Notes under the pieces: generated by a model
Databases searched by the model: none
Told to the model about the DNA's origin: nothing
What the model saw: the letters and a program-made list of their open reading frames with translations, nothing else
Shown: positions 30,735 through 39,945 of the stretch, piece by piece
Position numbering within the stretch: the first letter of the stretch is position 1
How the letters are laid out: each line of letters starts with the position of its first letter
Source of the DNA: an uncultured Clostridia bacterium
GTDB lineage: Bacteria; Bacillota; Clostridia; Christensenellales; CAMQZB01
NCBI GenBank assembly: GCA_947039455.1
Contig: CAMQZB010000008.1
Coordinates: 5,991 to 69,990 of the forward strand
Reading direction: 5' to 3'
Length of the DNA stretch: 64,000 bases
Position numbers and translations under genes: made by a program

Positions 30735-32060
30735 CTATACAGTTCCATTTTCAATAGTTTTCAGTTTCAAAGAAAGCAAACTAGCACCATAAGCCGCTTC
30801 CTCAATAATTGCAGGAACGGAGATAGGAGTGTTGAAACGATCGGACAACAACTTTTGTAAAAGATTGTTTTGGCGAACTGCGTTTCCAACTCCAACTAAA
30901 TAGAAAGAAGAAGTCAGTTCTGATTCGATAATAGAAAAAAGCTCGTTGCAAACCCCACTTAAAACACCTAGTGAAAAGTGCATAGGAGTAAAGTTTTTGT
31001 CGTTAATATCTTGAATAGAGCCACGAATTGAAGGGTCTTTTCTAGTACCTTTAAACTTTGTATCAAAGGTCAAAGGATTTCCAAGACGGTATGCTTCAAA
31101 AGCGGAAAGAGTCATGTTAGTAAACAGTTCTTCAGGTGGCTCAATACCAAACATAGCAAAAGTTGATTGAAAGAATTTTTGCAACAAATCGTATGATGAA
31201 CCAGCACTTAAAGATGTGCCAACAAGTAAGTAGGTATCGTCAAAATAAGGACGAACCTCTAAATGGTCAGCAGGACGGTAGAAAGGAATTTCCATTGAAA
31301 TTTGCCCACCAGTACCAATGTTTACAAGTACTGAATTTTGTCTTGTAACAGAACCGAAAAAGCTTGCTTGATTGTTTCCAATAGGCAAAAGCACTGAAAT
31401 GTTATTGTATGATCCAATTTCTATTATGTCTTTTGAAACTTTAGGCAAGAAAGAAGGATCTAAGTCTAATTCTTTCATAGCACTCAAATCAAAATGATTG
31501 TGTTCTGCATTATATAATCCCAAGGCCGCACAGTCTGAAGTGTGCAAAACAGGACGAGTAAGTTGGCATAATCGCATAGCAACATAGCCTTGAATAGTAG
31601 TAATGGTTTTAGCGTTAAAAGGCACTTGATCGTTTTCCACATTATAGAAATGTGTGATAAGTCCGTAACCAGAAGAAGCTGGACGCAAAGTTGTAGATTT
31701 TATGTATTGACAATAAGTCGTGTCATTTTTGTATATACGATTTCCACGTTGATCTTGCCAAGAAAAGTATGGAGAAGCTGAGTTTCCATTTTCGTCAACG
31801 TAAAGCATACCGTGCATAAGCCCAGTTATACCAATATAAGAAACCACGTCAGGAGCGGTCAAATCATTAATAAGATCATTTATGATGTCATAAGCAATCT
31901 CAAAAATTTTATCAGCGTCTAACAAGTTTTCAAAAGCCTCGGAAGGCAAATCTGTGTCGTTATTTCTAACAATATTGTCAACAAGAGAATTATTGTCTAA
32001 ATTTACTAGAACTCCTCGAATCTGAGTATTCCCAATGTCGATACCAATTGAATATTTCAT
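30735..32060 (-). CDS. FGGY-family carbohydrate kinase, sedoheptulokinase-like
   Basis: GIDIG, GITGLMHG, SWQDQRG, NIGTGGQIS and EEAAYGA motifs. Confidence 0.8.
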   Translation of the reverse strand: MKYSIGIDIGNTQIRGVLVNLDNNSLVDNIVRNNDTDLPSEAFENLLDADKIFEIAYDIINDLINDLTAPDVVSYIGITGLMHGMLYVDENGNSASPYFSWQDQRGNRIYKNDTTYCQYIKSTTLRPASSGYGLITHFYNVENDQVPFNAKTITTIQGYVAMRLCQLTRPVLHTSDCAALGLYNAEHNHFDLSAMKELDLDPSFLPKVSKDIIEIGSYNNISVLLPIGNNQASFFGSVTRQNSVLVNIGTGGQISMEIPFYRPADHLEVRPYFDDTYLLVGTSLSAGSSYDLLQKFFQSTFAMFGIEPPEELFTNMTLSAFEAYRLGNPLTFDTKFKGTRKDPSIRGSIQDINDKNFTPMHFSLGVLSGVCNELFSIIESELTSSFYLVGVGNAVRQNNLLQKLLSDRFNTPISVPAIIEEAAYGASLLSLKLKTIENGTV

Positions 32061-32281
32061 ATTTTATCCTTTACATTTATTATGAGCATGCTAATCACGC
32101 CTATAATATTATATAGTACAAGTGACTGTTTGTCAATAGTAAAAGAGAAATAAAGTATATGAAAACTCACATAATCAACGTGAAACAGTGTAAAAATTGC
32201 GGTAATTAACATAAAGCAGAAGAAATTGGAAAAGAGACTACAAATAGTCTCTTTTTTAGGGATTAGGGAATTTAGGAGTTG

Positions 32282-32623
32282 TCAATAGCCTGTGGTAATA
32301 ATTGGAAAGCCTACAGTGGTTTCATGGTTTCGCACTGATACCTGACAATTAATTTTTCCAGATGGGTCGTTGACAAATATATTGAAGTATGGGGAGTGGC
32401 AGTAATAAGTAGTGTAATCTCTGAATTCCTCAGTTCGATACACCGTAAGAGCAAGTTCTTCTTTCACGTCATCAAATGGTAAAGTTGTTTTGATTACTTG
32501 GCATTCTGAAGGGATTGTTTTCCCCTCAAGGCAATTTTCTCTATAAACATTTACAAAAAGTACGTTTAAAACAATGAGAAACAAAAACAAAACAACAACT
32601 AGTCTTTTATAAATAACAGTCAT
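32282..32623 (-). CDS. Hypothetical exported protein, possibly YwmB-like
   Basis: SD GAGGTG, N-terminal TM helix, C-terminal VGFPIITTGY. Confidence 0.55.
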   Translation of the reverse strand: MTVIYKRLVVVLFLFLIVLNVLFVNVYRENCLEGKTIPSECQVIKTTLPFDDVKEELALTVYRTEEFRDYTTYYCHSPYFNIFVNDPSGKINCQVSVRNHETTVGFPIITTGY

Positions 32624-32755
32624 TATATCACCTCAAAATTAATTATTGACAAAAAATATTATTTTATTCAAATGTAATCTATATTGTTTTACAAGGTCGA
32701 CGATTTGTTGTATAATAGAGAATATGTCACATACGGACAAAGGAGATATATTTAT

Positions 32756-33298
32756 ATGTCAGATGAAATTTTAAAAGTTAATATCGGCGGATATCCTGCT
32801 GAACTACCAATACTTCCACTTCCATCAGGAATTAAAATCGCTTTTTTCAACCTACACGGTGATCAAAAACTAACGGAGCATTGCGGAAAAGTTTTGGCAA
32901 CATACCTAAGTGATTGCGATGTTTTAATAACTGCGGAGTCTAAAGGTTTGCAATTAACTCACGTTGTAGCACGTGAACTTAACCAACCTTTCTATGCAGT
33001 GGCTAGAAAAACAAAGAAATTATATATGCAAGACGGCATTGAAGTTATGATTAAATCATCAATTACTACTGGAGAAATTCAAAAGTTATTTTTGTCAAAA
33101 CATGACGTTGCTCTTATCAAAGGAAAGAGAGTAGGTATTATCGATGACGTGGTTTCTACTGGAAACAGCCTTGAAGGGTTAGAAGAAATAGTGGCTAAAG
33201 CTGGTGGAATTATCCAAAAGAAAGCCTTTGTTCTTGCTGAGGGCGATGCTGAATACAGAAAAGACATTATTTATTTGGCACATATTCCAATTATGTAA
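32756..33298 (+). CDS. Purine phosphoribosyltransferase family protein (Apt-like)
   Basis: TAESKG, VARK and IIDDVVSTGNS PRPP-binding motif. Confidence 0.85.
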   Translation: MSDEILKVNIGGYPAELPILPLPSGIKIAFFNLHGDQKLTEHCGKVLATYLSDCDVLITAESKGLQLTHVVARELNQPFYAVARKTKKLYMQDGIEVMIKSSITTGEIQKLFLSKHDVALIKGKRVGIIDDVVSTGNSLEGLEEIVAKAGGIIQKKAFVLAEGDAEYRKDIIYLAHIPIM

Positions 33299-33436
33299 TT
33301 AATTGTAAATTATTGAATTTAAGACTTTATTTTTTTGAAAATAAAGTCTTTTCTTTCATTTTCTATTGTATTAATATTGATTTTCACAAATAATTTTGAT
33401 ATACTAGAAGTCGAATGAAAAAATGGGAGTTATTAT

Positions 33437-34831
33437 ATGAAAGGAAAAATCGATTTAGGTAATGATAATATAACGAAATTGCTTATTAAGTTAGCAATTC
33501 CTGCAATTACAGCACAAATTATAAATGTTTTGTACAATCTTGTGGATAGAATTTATATTGCAAGAATTCCAGACGTGGGCAGTCTAGCCTTCACAGGGGT
33601 TGGAGTATGTATGCCGATTATTGCGGTAATCACAGCATTTTCATCACTAGCAGCGGTTGGAAGTTCCGCACGTGCAACTATCATGATGGGTCGTCAAGAG
33701 CATGGCAAAGCGGAAAATATTTTAGGAAACGCAGTAACAATGCTTATTGCATTTGCAATTATACTAACAACAACAGTACTACTTTTCGGCGAAGAAATTC
33801 TTCTATTATTTGGAGCAACAGCGGAAACTATTTCCTATGCTTGGGACTATATGAGTATTTACTCAATAGGAACAATCAGCGTAATGTTCGCACTTGGATT
33901 GAATACATTCATTGCTTGTCAAGGAAAAACCAAAATTAGCATGATTTCAACGTTAATTGGAGCTGTATTAAACATAATCCTTGATCCAATTTTTATTTTT
34001 GGATTAGGATTAGGAGTAAAAGGTGCAGCTTATGCAACTATTATTTCACAAACGGTCAGTGCAATTTGGGTCATTTCTTTCTTGCTTGGAAAAAATACAA
34101 TACTGAAAATAAGGTTGAAAAACATGATTCCAAAAATGAAAATCATGTTGCCATGTTTAGCCCTTGGACTTTCTCCTTTTATTATGCAATCAACTGAAGG
34201 GATTATCAATATATGTTTCAATACATCATTGCGAAATTTCGGAGGCAACAGTGCCGTAGCCACTATGACAATTTTGTCCACATTAATGCAATTCTCAATG
34301 TTGCCACTTCATGGGTTAACGCAAGGTGCACAACCAATCATGAGTTACAACTTTGGTGCGAAAAATGCAGATAGATGTAAAAAAACCTTTAAAATATTAG
34401 TAACATCAGGACTGATTTATTCAATGCTTTTCGCTGGAGTAGTTATGCTTTTCCCACAATATGTGGCAATGCTAATTATCCCAGACACAGCGGTAATCGC
34501 AAATTCAATAATACCAATGCGAATTTTCTTTGTGGGAACAACGATTTTTGGAGTGCAAATTGCTTGCCAACAAACATTTATCGCTATCGGAAACGCAAGA
34601 ACATCAGTGTTCCTTGCAATTTTCAGAAAGATAATATTGCTAGTTCCGCTAATTTATATCTTGCCACTTTTCATGGAAAACAAAGTAAATGCAGTTTACA
34701 TGGCTGAGCCAATTTCTGATATAATATCAGTAATCACAGCCGCAACAGTGTTCTACTTTAGTTTTAAAAAGGCAATGAGCAAAATTGAAAACAGCAAAAT
34801 AGAAGATAATGAAATGCTAAAAAGCAACTAG
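33437..34831 (+). CDS. MATE family efflux transporter (MepA-like)
   Basis: LYNLVDRIYI, NIILDPIFIF, GVKGAAYAT and QPIMSYNFGAK motifs. Confidence 0.92.
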   Translation: MKGKIDLGNDNITKLLIKLAIPAITAQIINVLYNLVDRIYIARIPDVGSLAFTGVGVCMPIIAVITAFSSLAAVGSSARATIMMGRQEHGKAENILGNAVTMLIAFAIILTTTVLLFGEEILLLFGATAETISYAWDYMSIYSIGTISVMFALGLNTFIACQGKTKISMISTLIGAVLNIILDPIFIFGLGLGVKGAAYATIISQTVSAIWVISFLLGKNTILKIRLKNMIPKMKIMLPCLALGLSPFIMQSTEGIINICFNTSLRNFGGNSAVATMTILSTLMQFSMLPLHGLTQGAQPIMSYNFGAKNADRCKKTFKILVTSGLIYSMLFAGVVMLFPQYVAMLIIPDTAVIANSIIPMRIFFVGTTIFGVQIACQQTFIAIGNARTSVFLAIFRKIILLVPLIYILPLFMENKVNAVYMAEPISDIISVITAATVFYFSFKKAMSKIENSKIEDNEMLKSN

Positions 34832-34851
34832 ATCTTAACTAACTAAAATGC

Positions 34852-34894
34852 AAAAAGCTGTATCAACCATTAAATGTTGATACAGCTTTTTTTT
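34852..34894 (+). terminator. Rho-independent terminator after MATE gene
   Basis: AAAAAGCTGTATCAAC...GTTGATACAGCTTTTTTTT. Confidence 0.85.
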
Positions 34895-34932
34895 GTATTA
34901 AATATATCCTTAGTGATATATATAGGTGTTAT

Positions 34933-35053
34933 AAAATAAAAACAGCAACATCTCTAGGGGGAGAAGTTGCTGTTTTTTAAAAGGAAATATAGGTAGGAAA
35001 AAGCATTTAACTTTATGAGTATTAAATGTCTTAAAGGAAATATCTTAGTTTGT
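34933..35053 (-). ncRNA. Candidate sRNA 1 of tandem array
   Basis: TGnTATTAT at 35068-35060, hairpin 35004-35028, conserved core 34981-35000, terminator 34938-34978. Confidence 0.6.
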
Positions 35054-35097
35054 ACTTATATAATAACAAACAATTAACGCACAAATTCAAGTATTTT

Positions 35098-35114
35098 ATG
35101 TGAAAACCATGTGA
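35098..35114 (-). promoter_or_regulatory. Putative response-regulator box upstream of sRNA 1
   Basis: TCACATGGTTTTCACAT (TCACAT repeated with 11 bp period), 33 nt upstream of the -10. Confidence 0.45.
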
Positions 35115-35185
35115 TTATAAATTAATTGCAAAATAACAGCAAAAAATTAATATACTACAATTTTATAAATCACAGTAAAAATTTA

Positions 35186-35315
35186 ATAAAAAACCACATA
35201 CGTTAATGTATGTGGTTTTTTAGATAAGGAAATATAGGGGAAAGGAAATTTTTTGACTCAATTTTAGGGTTAAGTCAGTGAATACCGCTTATCATAAGCG
35301 ATATCCAAGGGGTAT
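35186..35315 (-). ncRNA. Candidate sRNA 2 of tandem array
   Basis: TGnTATTAT at 35330-35322, hairpins 35286-35300 and 35254-35277, core 35226-35248, terminator 35188-35221. Confidence 0.6.
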
Positions 35316-35359
35316 GAATGTATAATAACATCCAAATAACGTATAATTTACTAATATAT

Positions 35360-35374
35360 ATGTGAAAATTGTGT
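35360..35374 (-). promoter_or_regulatory. Putative response-regulator box upstream of sRNA 2
   Basis: ACACAATTTTCACAT, at the same 33 nt offset from the -10 as in unit 1. Confidence 0.45.
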
Positions 35375-35410
35375 TTTTTTGTTTTCACATATTTTGAAAT
35401 AGTATTGTGA

Positions 35411-35571
35411 AAAATAAAATAAAGTCACTTTAATTAAAGTGACTTTATTCATAAAAGGAAATATAGGTAGGAAAATTTCTAATTAGGTTTATCAGACTAA
35501 TTAGTAATTATGTTTTTGGTTTTAATTTTTGGTGTATGTAACTTTTATTTGTGTCCCTCCTTTTTTATTAT
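35411..35571 (-). ncRNA. Candidate sRNA 3 of tandem array
   Basis: TGnTATTAT at 35586-35578, hairpin 35479-35504, core 35455-35474, terminator 35418-35449. Confidence 0.6.
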
Positions 35572-35724
35572 GACAATATAATAGCATGTGATTGTGTAAA
35601 AAGTTCATGAAAATTGTGTTTTTCTTGTGTGTTTTGATTTTTTTGTATTTTTACTCTATACATTTGCAATTTCTTATGGTAAAATATAGACATAATTAAT
35701 AAGCAAATGGAGAAATATATTATT

Positions 35725-36378
35725 ATGTATAAAATTTTTTTAGTTGAAGACGATCCGAATATTAGCTCATTGCTACGAACATACCTTGAAAACGAAGGTT
35801 ATTTCGTGAATTCATATACTTCTGAAAAGGCCGCACTTGCCCACCTAGGGGAAGAAGCGCATTTGTATATTCTTGATATAATGCTAGAATCCGAAATGAG
35901 TGGATACAATATTTTAAAAGCAATTCGTGCAAAAACATCAACACCAGCAATCTTTGTTTCAGCTCGCGACAAGGACTATGACAAAATTTTAGGTTTTGAA
36001 ATTGGTGCTGATGATTACGTGGCGAAACCCTTCTCACCAAGAGAAGTTGTGCTTCGTGTAAACAATATTATAAAACGTACTTATCAAAAAAAGGAAATGC
36101 GTTTAACTTATAAAAGCTATGATGTGGATTTAGAATCACGTTCTATTAAAGAAAATAACGAGGAAATTGATTTAACTACTAAAGAGTTTGAACTTTTCAT
36201 TTTCCTATTGAAAAACAAAAACATTGCACTTTCCCGTGACAAGATTTTAACTAACATTTGGGAGGAAAACTACTTTGGTTCTGACCGAGTGGTGGACGAC
36301 CTTATGCGTCGTTTAAGAAGTAAACTTGTAAATGCAGACATCGAAACAATTTATGGATATGGTTATAAGTTGCAATGA
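35725..36378 (+). CDS. OmpR-family response regulator, CssR-like
   Basis: LVEDD, HLYILDIML, SARD, DYVAKPF and YFGSDRVVDDLMRRLR...ETIYGYGY, closely resembling B. subtilis CssR as recalled. Confidence 0.9.
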   Translation: MYKIFLVEDDPNISSLLRTYLENEGYFVNSYTSEKAALAHLGEEAHLYILDIMLESEMSGYNILKAIRAKTSTPAIFVSARDKDYDKILGFEIGADDYVAKPFSPREVVLRVNNIIKRTYQKKEMRLTYKSYDVDLESRSIKENNEEIDLTTKEFELFIFLLKNKNIALSRDKILTNIWEENYFGSDRVVDDLMRRLRSKLVNADIETIYGYGYKLQ

Positions 36379-37649
36379 AAACTTTAAGATTATCAACACA
36401 ACTTTTGATAATTCTTCTGATTTCGTTAGTCTTGATTCCTATAATGGTAATTGGTTTTGCCTACCCTGAATATCAAAAAGGAGTGGCAAATACAATTTTC
36501 GCAAGACTAGAAGATCAGTTGGATCTAAAAAATCAAACAACTCAAGAGTTTATCGATTCAGTCTTGATCATTTCGCCAACCGGTGCAGTTGACGTGGCAA
36601 AAATCAAGACAGAAGATCAATATATTCCCAACGAAGCTTTGAGTAATATCATGGCTGCAGTTGTGAGTGCTGAACCTGGCGAGCATAGAGGCTCGGAAGT
36701 GCTATCAGATTATTCAGTGGTGTATTTTTCATTCAAGAAATATATAGACGACAGTTCAATGCTAGTTTTCACTACTAGTTACGAAAAAGATACATTTTTT
36801 GGAAATGAAGAGTCCCTGCAATTTATCTCACTAATCTTCGCTTGCATTGCAATCCCTATCGTATTAATATTGATGTGGTTTGCCTACGTTTCTAAGTCGA
36901 TTCAATCGATTCAACGATCAGTGAACGAAACCTCAGTTAGACCTGTTATGGCGTCAAAAGAACTTTCTAATCTTCAAGAGAGCATAGAAATTTTTAAAGC
37001 GGAAATCCGAGAGGATACCGAACAGAAACAACGGCTGTTCCAAAATATCTCCCACGAACTGAAAACTCCAATTACAACAATTAAAATGTATGCGGAAGGT
37101 ATCGAAGACGGTATTTTCAAAGACGGCGACATTAAAAATTCAACACAAATAATCAAATCAGAAACAGACGAGCTGCTAGCACGTGTTACAAAAATCATGG
37201 ATATAAACAAACTGTATCACGTTGAAACGAAAGCAATCTCACTGCGTATGGAAAAAATAATTTTGTCAGAAACAATATTTGAAAACCTTGGTCTGTACGA
37301 AAAACGTGCCCCTCAAGTAAAATTCCACGCTCAACTTGAACGATTCGAATGGGTCGGAAACAAAGAGCTTTGGACTAATATTCTTCAAAACATTTTTGAC
37401 AACAATATTAAGCACGGCGCAAAAAATATCTTCATTACCCTAAAGAAAAATGAACTGGTAATCGAAAACGACGGCGAAAAAATCGAAGACCACCTTCTAC
37501 AAACCCTTTTCGCTGCTTTCACAAAAGGCGAAAACGGAAACTTCGGTCTAGGGCTAAACATCGTCCAACGCTCACTTATCCTACTAGGTTACGCCATAGA
37601 AGTAAAAAACACCGAAAAAGGCGTAGTATACCGTATCTTTGTAAGATAA
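36375..37649 (+). CDS. Sensor histidine kinase, CssS-like
   Basis: Two TM helices, QNISHELKTP H-box, ENDG and GNFGLGL; ATGA overlap with the response regulator. Confidence 0.9.
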   Translation: MKTLRLSTQLLIILLISLVLIPIMVIGFAYPEYQKGVANTIFARLEDQLDLKNQTTQEFIDSVLIISPTGAVDVAKIKTEDQYIPNEALSNIMAAVVSAEPGEHRGSEVLSDYSVVYFSFKKYIDDSSMLVFTTSYEKDTFFGNEESLQFISLIFACIAIPIVLILMWFAYVSKSIQSIQRSVNETSVRPVMASKELSNLQESIEIFKAEIREDTEQKQRLFQNISHELKTPITTIKMYAEGIEDGIFKDGDIKNSTQIIKSETDELLARVTKIMDINKLYHVETKAISLRMEKIILSETIFENLGLYEKRAPQVKFHAQLERFEWVGNKELWTNILQNIFDNNIKHGAKNIFITLKKNELVIENDGEKIEDHLLQTLFAAFTKGENGNFGLGLNIVQRSLILLGYAIEVKNTEKGVVYRIFVR

Positions 37650-37697
37650 TTTAAGCAAGATATATTTAAAATTAAGTATAATAAGTAAGATTAAGAA

Positions 37698-37748
37698 AAA
37701 TGGGGCGATTTGCCCCAAACCCCAATAAGGGGCTGAGCCCCTTAACCC
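37698..37748 (+). repeat. GC-rich multi-hairpin repeat, copy A
   Basis: AAATGGGGC-GATTT-GCCCCAAACCCCAATAAGGGGCTGAGCCCCTTAACCC, homologous to copies at 50.2-52.1 kb. Confidence 0.8.
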
Positions 37749-37877
37749 TCTTAGTGTGTGGTTATGTTAAAAAGCTATAGTAGTTAGATTCAAATCCTAA
37801 CTACCATAGCTTTTTTTATTTTCAAACAAATCCGAAAAGCAAACTCTTTTGTAAACACCAAAAAACCAAAAAAAGTA

Positions 37878-38045
37878 AAGAACTCCCCCGCAACAAAGCG
37901 CAAGGCTGGAACAACCAAAAAGCTTACTCATTAATAAACAATAAAAAACATACAAACCATTAAGAAACTTCCCCGCCACAACGTGGCAAGGCTGGAACAA
38001 CCAAAAAGCGCACCCCTTAACAAATAACACAAAACATACAAACCA
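37878..38045. repeat. Two imperfect ~86 bp direct repeats
   Basis: GCAAGGCTGGAACAACCAAAAAGC at 37900 and 37986, each followed by AAAACATACAAACCA. Confidence 0.8.
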
Positions 38046-38177
38046 CGTACCCAAAACCTTTGTAATAAAAATCAACACATAAAACACCATGAAAGAAAAA
38101 TCTTCGTCTAACTCGTTTACTAATTGTTATAGAGAACAACAAGAATAACTCGTTCCGCTACGACTGCAATCATGTCC

Positions 38178-38240
38178 AAGAGGGTTTCAAAAGGGACGGT
38201 AACGTGCCCTTTTGCGGGGGCGTCCGGGGCAGAGCCCTGA
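38178..38240 (-). repeat. Divergent member of the multi-hairpin repeat family, copy F
   Basis: Minus strand CAGGGCTCTGCCCCGGACGCCCCCGCAAAAGGGCAC...GTCCCTTTTGAAACCC; same hairpin order. Confidence 0.55.
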
Positions 38241-38423
38241 CAAAAACGCAAACATCTTGATAAACTAAACAACCTTAGTCAGGTAGCAAAACTTGATTAA
38301 TCAAAGAACTTAACTAAAGTATAAACCAAACAAAAAGGTAGTAAAAAATATTCTTACTACCTAAAACAAAAAGATAAAAAAATAAGCTATGAAATAAATC
38401 ATAGCTTAAAATCACAAAAAACA

Positions 38424-39131
38424 TTAAATGTTCTTCAAATATTCAATTTCACGTTCTCTAAGAACTCTACATTTACCACGATCAAGCCCAGTCATTTTCA
38501 AATCACCGATTTTAACACGTTTAAGGAAAGTAACTTCTTTGTCAACCACTTCCAACATACGACGAACTTGGCGATTTTTGCCTTCCATGATAGTAATTTC
38601 AATTTTGCTTTCCTCTTTAGAAGAAGAAATAACACGAAGAGAAATAGCACGAACTACAACATTTGGTTCAATTTCCACACCAGCTTTTAGTTTTGAAATA
38701 TGAGTTTCGTTAAAAATGCCATCAATACGAACCGCGTAAGTTTTAGGAACTTCGTTGCGAGGATGAGTAAGTCTTTCGCACATATCGCCATCGTTAGTAA
38801 CGATAAGCATGCCCTCAGTTTCATAGTCAAGACGACCAACAGGATAAAGGCGACCTTGATCGGTAGGAAGCAAATCCATAACAGTACGACGACCAAGATC
38901 GTCAGAAACCGTGCAAACGTAACCCTTAGGTTTATTAAGCATGTAATAGATGTTTTGTGCTTTTTTGAAAACTTGTTTACCATCAACGGTAACTTTGTCA
39001 CGAATTTTGTCTACATCAGTGCCGACTTTAATTCTTTGACCATTCACAAAAACTTTGCCGTCTTCAACTAATTTGTCGCAGTAACGTCTGCTACCAACAC
39101 CAGCCTCAGCTAGAAATTTGTTTACTCTCAT
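38424..39131 (-). CDS. rluB: rRNA pseudouridine synthase (RluB/RsuA family)
   Basis: S4 domain, LNKPKGY, YPVGRLD and EGKNRQVRRM motifs. Confidence 0.88.
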   Translation of the reverse strand: MRVNKFLAEAGVGSRRYCDKLVEDGKVFVNGQRIKVGTDVDKIRDKVTVDGKQVFKKAQNIYYMLNKPKGYVCTVSDDLGRRTVMDLLPTDQGRLYPVGRLDYETEGMLIVTNDGDMCERLTHPRNEVPKTYAVRIDGIFNETHISKLKAGVEIEPNVVVRAISLRVISSSKEESKIEITIMEGKNRQVRRMLEVVDKEVTFLKRVKIGDLKMTGLDRGKCRVLREREIEYLKNI

Positions 39132-39267
39132 AATATTTGTACCATCCTTTTGCGTGTTTCACAACGCTCATAAAAATAAGAAAAGTTGCATGATTATTTC
39201 CATGCAACTATGATAGTGTATACTTTTTTGCTGAATTTGTCAAGTATCTAGTGTAGGTGACGCGATA

Positions 39268-39945
39268 TTAAACGATATTTAGCAGTTCTATAAGATTGTG
39301 GATAACATAAGTAGATTGTGCTTCGCAAGATGAAATTTCGTCAAAAGTAATAAGACAAGTGTCAAGGTTAGCATCACGCCCGCCCTTGATGTCCGTACCA
39401 AGTGAATCGCCGATAATAAGAGTCGTTGCATCATCGAAATTTTCGATATTTGATTTCACGTGATCAAAAAATTCTTTGGCAGGTTTTTGTATGCCGAGAG
39501 ACTCTGAATCGAAAACAGTGATGAAATATTTGTTTAAGTCGGCTGATTTCATACGTTGAAGCTGGGTTTTTCTAACACCGTTAGTGACAACGTAAAGACG
39601 ATGTGATTGTGAAAGTTTATCAAGCACTTCGATAGCGTTGTCCATAAGTTCAGCACCAAATCCAAGGTTAATGCGGTATTGATTTTCAAAAGCAATGCCG
39701 TCAGCATCAATGTTAAATTCAGCTAAAGTTTTGGAGAAACGAGTAAACAAAACATCGTTGATAGTGATTTCACCGCGCTCGTAAGCACGCCATAACCCGT
39801 GGTTGATTCGTTGATATGTATCCCAAATTTCCGAAGTGAGTTCAAGATTAAAGCTTTTAAAAAGTTCAGTCATTGACCGTAATTCATTTTTTGAAAAATC
39901 TAAAATCGTATTATCTAAATCAAATAAAAGTGTTTTGTATTTCAT
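39268..39945 (-). CDS. HAD hydrolase, YjjG-like pyrimidine nucleotidase
   Basis: FDLDNTILDF, VVTNG, QKP and IGDSLGTDIKGG motifs; SD GGAGGT before ATG 39945. Confidence 0.88.
   Translation of the reverse strand: MKYKTLLFDLDNTILDFSKNELRSMTELFKSFNLELTSEIWDTYQRINHGLWRAYERGEITINDVLFTRFSKTLAEFNIDADGIAFENQYRINLGFGAELMDNAIEVLDKLSQSHRLYVVTNGVRKTQLQRMKSADLNKYFITVFDSESLGIQKPAKEFFDHVKSNIENFDDATTLIIGDSLGTDIKGGRDANLDTCLITFDEISSCEAQSTYVIHNLIELLNIV

Noticed and set aside
34933-35620. CRISPR array or type III toxin-antitoxin repeat array
   Set aside because: Units are ~230-245 bp, each with its own promoter and terminator; there is no repeat-spacer periodicity of CRISPR size and no cas or toxin gene nearby
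37797-38090. 97 aa minus-strand ORF
   Set aside because: Its F/V/L/C/G-rich composition simply reflects the extreme G/T skew and repeats; no convincing SD
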